From Candidatus Woykebacteria bacterium RBG_13_40_15 (GTDB lineage: Bacteria > Patescibacteriota > Microgenomatia > Woykebacterales > RBG-16-39-9b): 38,563 nt of DNA. The notes below the pieces were generated by a model. The model made no database searches. It saw only the letters and a list, made by a program, of their open reading frames with translations, and was not told where the DNA came from. Numbering within the stretch: position 1 is the first letter of the stretch; every line of letters begins with the position of its first letter. Location: positions 1 through 38,563 of the forward strand of contig MHCP01000011.1 of NCBI GenBank assembly GCA_001816655.1, read 5' to 3'. The position numbers and the translations under genes were made by a program. Below, one piece after another: positions 35,885 through 38,563 of this stretch.

Positions 35885-36135
35885 TAGTTAGTACACCTGC
35901 TGTCCAGATGTACTTATCGAAACACTGCCATCGGTGTCAAAGGCCTTCCGACCATGGCGGTGTTTCATTTTCACCGCTTTTCGATAATCACTTACGATTA
36001 CACCGTAAGGTATAATTCCTCCCCGCCTCGCCAGCCGGCGGGCCGGGGGCGTCACAGTCCCCTGCCCAAAGACTGTGACCTTAGGACCTACCAATTTCCC
36101 GTTATAGATTCAAAATCTCTTAGCGGGAAATTCTG
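35885..36135 (+). ncRNA. Candidate structured non-coding RNA of unknown family
   Basis: Six consecutive stem-loops in a GC-elevated intergenic tract; three G:U pairs favour the + strand; TTGATT-N17-TTTAAT at 35850-35878. Confidence 0.55.
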
Positions 36136-36431
36136 ATCTTAGTCTCTCACAAAGTTTCTTTTTTGTCAAGTTTTTTTAGTCCCATAGAAAAAAATAGTTA
36201 AAACAACTAAAGAGCCCATAGCATAATCAGCTTCAAACTAGTGGTTGCTTGCTGCTTGCGGGAATTAACTAATAGACCTCCATCTAACGTAAGGGGGGAA
36301 TTACTTACTTGGGGCTAGCGGAATCAATTTTTCAGGACTAACCTGAACAAATATAGAAATTCTTCTAATTGTTTAAGAATTCTGTTTTTGTTCAGCTTTA
36401 ACAACCTGAACAAAGATAAAAACTCCTCGTA

Positions 36432-37346
36432 CTACTTAGTAGTTTTGTTCTTGTCCAAGTCGCTTACTTGAACAAAGATCATTCGGCCTGCTACGGTTTG
36501 AAGGACGCGAGATACAGTAGTGGAAATAGTTTCACCAACAAAGCTGGCGCCATTTTCTACAACAATCATAGTACCGTCGGGTAAATACCCCACTCCTTGA
36601 GTCTTTTCCTTGCCTTCTTGTATTACCTTAACCTCCAAGTTCTCTCCAGGCAGAAGTATTGTTTTAAGGGAGTTGGCTAGCTCATTTATATTTAGAATCT
36701 TTATGCCAGAAACTGTAGCTACCTTATTTAGATTAAAATCGGTTGTTAATATTCTAGCTTTAAGCCCCTTCGCTAAACCTAAAATCTTATCATCAATATT
36801 TTTCTCGTCGGGGGGATTGCCGGTATAAATTACTGTCTTTATCCACTTTGATTTCTTTAACTGCTCTAGAACTTCGAGGCCTCTTCTTCCTTTCCCTCGA
36901 CGAAGTGCATCAGAAGCGTCTGCAATATGCTGTAGCTCTGAAAGAATAAAACGAGGTACAATCAAAGTCCCAGATAAAAAACCGCTTTCAGCTACTTCGG
37001 CAATACGACCGTCAATCAGGACACTCGTATCAACAACGATCGGGTTTAAATAAGTTGATTTTTCTTTCTCTTTACCATTGGAAGATCGTCTAATTCTTGG
37101 AATATGCAACTGAGATATAACTTCGTTTGCTACTCTTTGGGAAAAGACTGTACTCCAATTTTTGATCCAACTACTAACAACTGGAACAACGTAAACCCCA
37201 ACAGCTCCTAGAACAATCGCAGCTACAATATTTATCCCCAGCTGAGCACCGCTATTGCCCATTAAGAGGAATCTTGAGGAAATTTGGTAACCTAGAAATC
37301 CAAAAGCTGCAGCTAAAACAATCCTAACGATCAGCTGAACATTCAT
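36432..37346 (-). CDS. yacL: PIN/TRAM domain membrane protein (YacL family)
   Basis: N-terminal TMs, VDTSVLIDGRI, ELQHIAD, RGRRGL-like KGRRGL, TTDFNLNKVA, QGVGYLPDGTMIVVE; lies directly after radA. Confidence 0.9.
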   Translation of the reverse strand: MNVQLIVRIVLAAAFGFLGYQISSRFLLMGNSGAQLGINIVAAIVLGAVGVYVVPVVSSWIKNWSTVFSQRVANEVISQLHIPRIRRSSNGKEKEKSTYLNPIVVDTSVLIDGRIAEVAESGFLSGTLIVPRFILSELQHIADASDALRRGKGRRGLEVLEQLKKSKWIKTVIYTGNPPDEKNIDDKILGLAKGLKARILTTDFNLNKVATVSGIKILNINELANSLKTILLPGENLEVKVIQEGKEKTQGVGYLPDGTMIVVENGASFVGETISTTVSRVLQTVAGRMIFVQVSDLDKNKTTK

Positions 37347-37410
37347 TGAAGATAATTCCTTTCTGATTAAGCAACGGCGAAATAAATCCCTTGAATAAAC
37401 CGCTACTAAC

Positions 37411-38562
37411 TTAATTTTTCAAATTTAATGCAAGTCTTACTGCTTCACGTAAAGTTTTAACTTGCTTATTAGTTATAAAATTTTTAAATCCAAGTCTTTT
37501 CGCTTCTTCTATCCTCTTCTCGAGAAACGGTGCACTTCTTACTTCACCAAGCAACCCTACCTCGCCTATTGCCACGCTGTCTTTAGATATTACCTCATCA
37601 TGGGCACTACTTGCAATAGCTAAACAAACTCCAAGATCAACGCTTCGTTCTCGGATTGAAAGTCCTCCAGCCACATTGACAAATACGTCTTGATTGCCTA
37701 GAAAAATTCCAGCGCGTTTAGACAGGGTGGCGATTAAAAGCTGGAGTCTAGTTTGATCGATTCCAAGGGAGCGGCGGATCGGCATCGCGAGATTAGTTTG
37801 ATTTGTTAAAGCCTGAATTTCGGTCAAAATTGAGCGGCTTCCTTCCATTACAGGCACGACAATTGAGCCTGGTGCGGAAATTCGATTAGAGAGAAATTTC
37901 TCAGAGGGATTTTTTACTTCCTTCATACCAGCCTCACTCATTTCAAATACACCAACTTCGTCCACCGGGCCAAATCTATTTTTTGAAGTCGTTAAGATCC
38001 TAAAGAAACCATCTTGCTCACCCTGCAAATATAAAACGGTGTCAACCAAATGTTCCAAGACTTTTGGACCAGCGATCGAGCCTTCTTTATTAATATGTCC
38101 TATCAAAAATACAGCCAGCTTTTCGTCTTTTGCCAATCGATGTAGTCTGTAAGCTGTTTCGCGAACTTGAGCAATGCTGCCCGCTGCTGACTCCAGGTCG
38201 TCTGTTGTAACTGACTGAATTGAGTCAACAACTAGGATTTGATAATCGCCTTCCCTTGCTGACTGCAAAATATTTTCAATATCAGTTTCAGCTAAGATGT
38301 AGAGATCGTCTTTTTTGTTTTTTAGAAGGCCAAGCCTACCTGCTCGCAAATGCACCTGAGCAACACTTTCTTCACCAGCGACATACAGTGATTTGAAAAG
38401 AGCCGCAATTTCCAGTAGCAGTGTGGATTTTCCGATTCCCGGATCGCCAGCCAGAAGAACTACACTGCCAGGCACGATTCCACCACCCAAAACTCTATCT
38501 ACCTCTTCTAAGCCTACCTTAAGCCTCTGTAGAGGCTTAGAGGAGCTACTAGAAAGCTTGGT
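37411..38562 (-). CDS. radA: DNA repair protein RadA/Sms, 5'-truncated by the window
   Basis: EVDRVLGGGIVPGS, GDPGIGKSTLLL, GEES, VVDSIQ, AGPKVLEHLVD, KNRFG; frame is open to the window edge. Confidence 0.96.
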   Translation of the reverse strand, partial: TKLSSSSSKPLQRLKVGLEEVDRVLGGGIVPGSVVLLAGDPGIGKSTLLLEIAALFKSLYVAGEESVAQVHLRAGRLGLLKNKKDDLYILAETDIENILQSAREGDYQILVVDSIQSVTTDDLESAAGSIAQVRETAYRLHRLAKDEKLAVFLIGHINKEGSIAGPKVLEHLVDTVLYLQGEQDGFFRILTTSKNRFGPVDEVGVFEMSEAGMKEVKNPSEKFLSNRISAPGSIVVPVMEGSRSILTEIQALTNQTNLAMPIRRSLGIDQTRLQLLIATLSKRAGIFLGNQDVFVNVAGGLSIRERSVDLGVCLAIASSAHDEVISKDSVAIGEVGLLGEVRSAPFLEKRIEEAKRLGFKNFITNKQVKTLREAVRLALNLKN

Positions 38563-38563
38563 G

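Noticed and set aside
35888-36136. Two short minus-strand ORFs (68 and 60 aa)
   Set aside because: No protein features or clear RBS; the dense stem-loops are better explained by RNA structure.

Overview
This is a bacterial chromosomal window read with genetic code 11. Gene content and style suggest Patescibacteria/CPR, probably Microgenomates-like (inference). Housekeeping genes: two tRNA-Ala, obgE, rho, yacL-like PIN/TRAM, partial radA and a LysM-M23 peptidase. A large envelope complement lies between them: two giant fibre-like proteins sharing a peptidase-G2-like C-terminus, an O-antigen-ligase/TPR protein, a WxL-like cluster, an LPxTG protein, a four-gene sensor operon and a GC-rich insert. 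Most notable: (1) a tyrosine-recombinase core-binding (SAM-like) domain fused through one TM helix to a giant extracellular fibre, with a terminator/antiterminator in its first codons; (2) an unannotated ~250-nt structured RNA candidate 18 kb away that shares two sequence blocks with that gene's start region; (3) a family of 7-nt-periodic inverted repeats directly after stop codons, two enclosing a four-helix-bundle gene and three empty; (4) an internally deleted REP-associated tyrosine transposase with flanking palindromes, plus short palindromes inserted in frame in genes. All domain calls are by-eye motif recognition; no searches were run.
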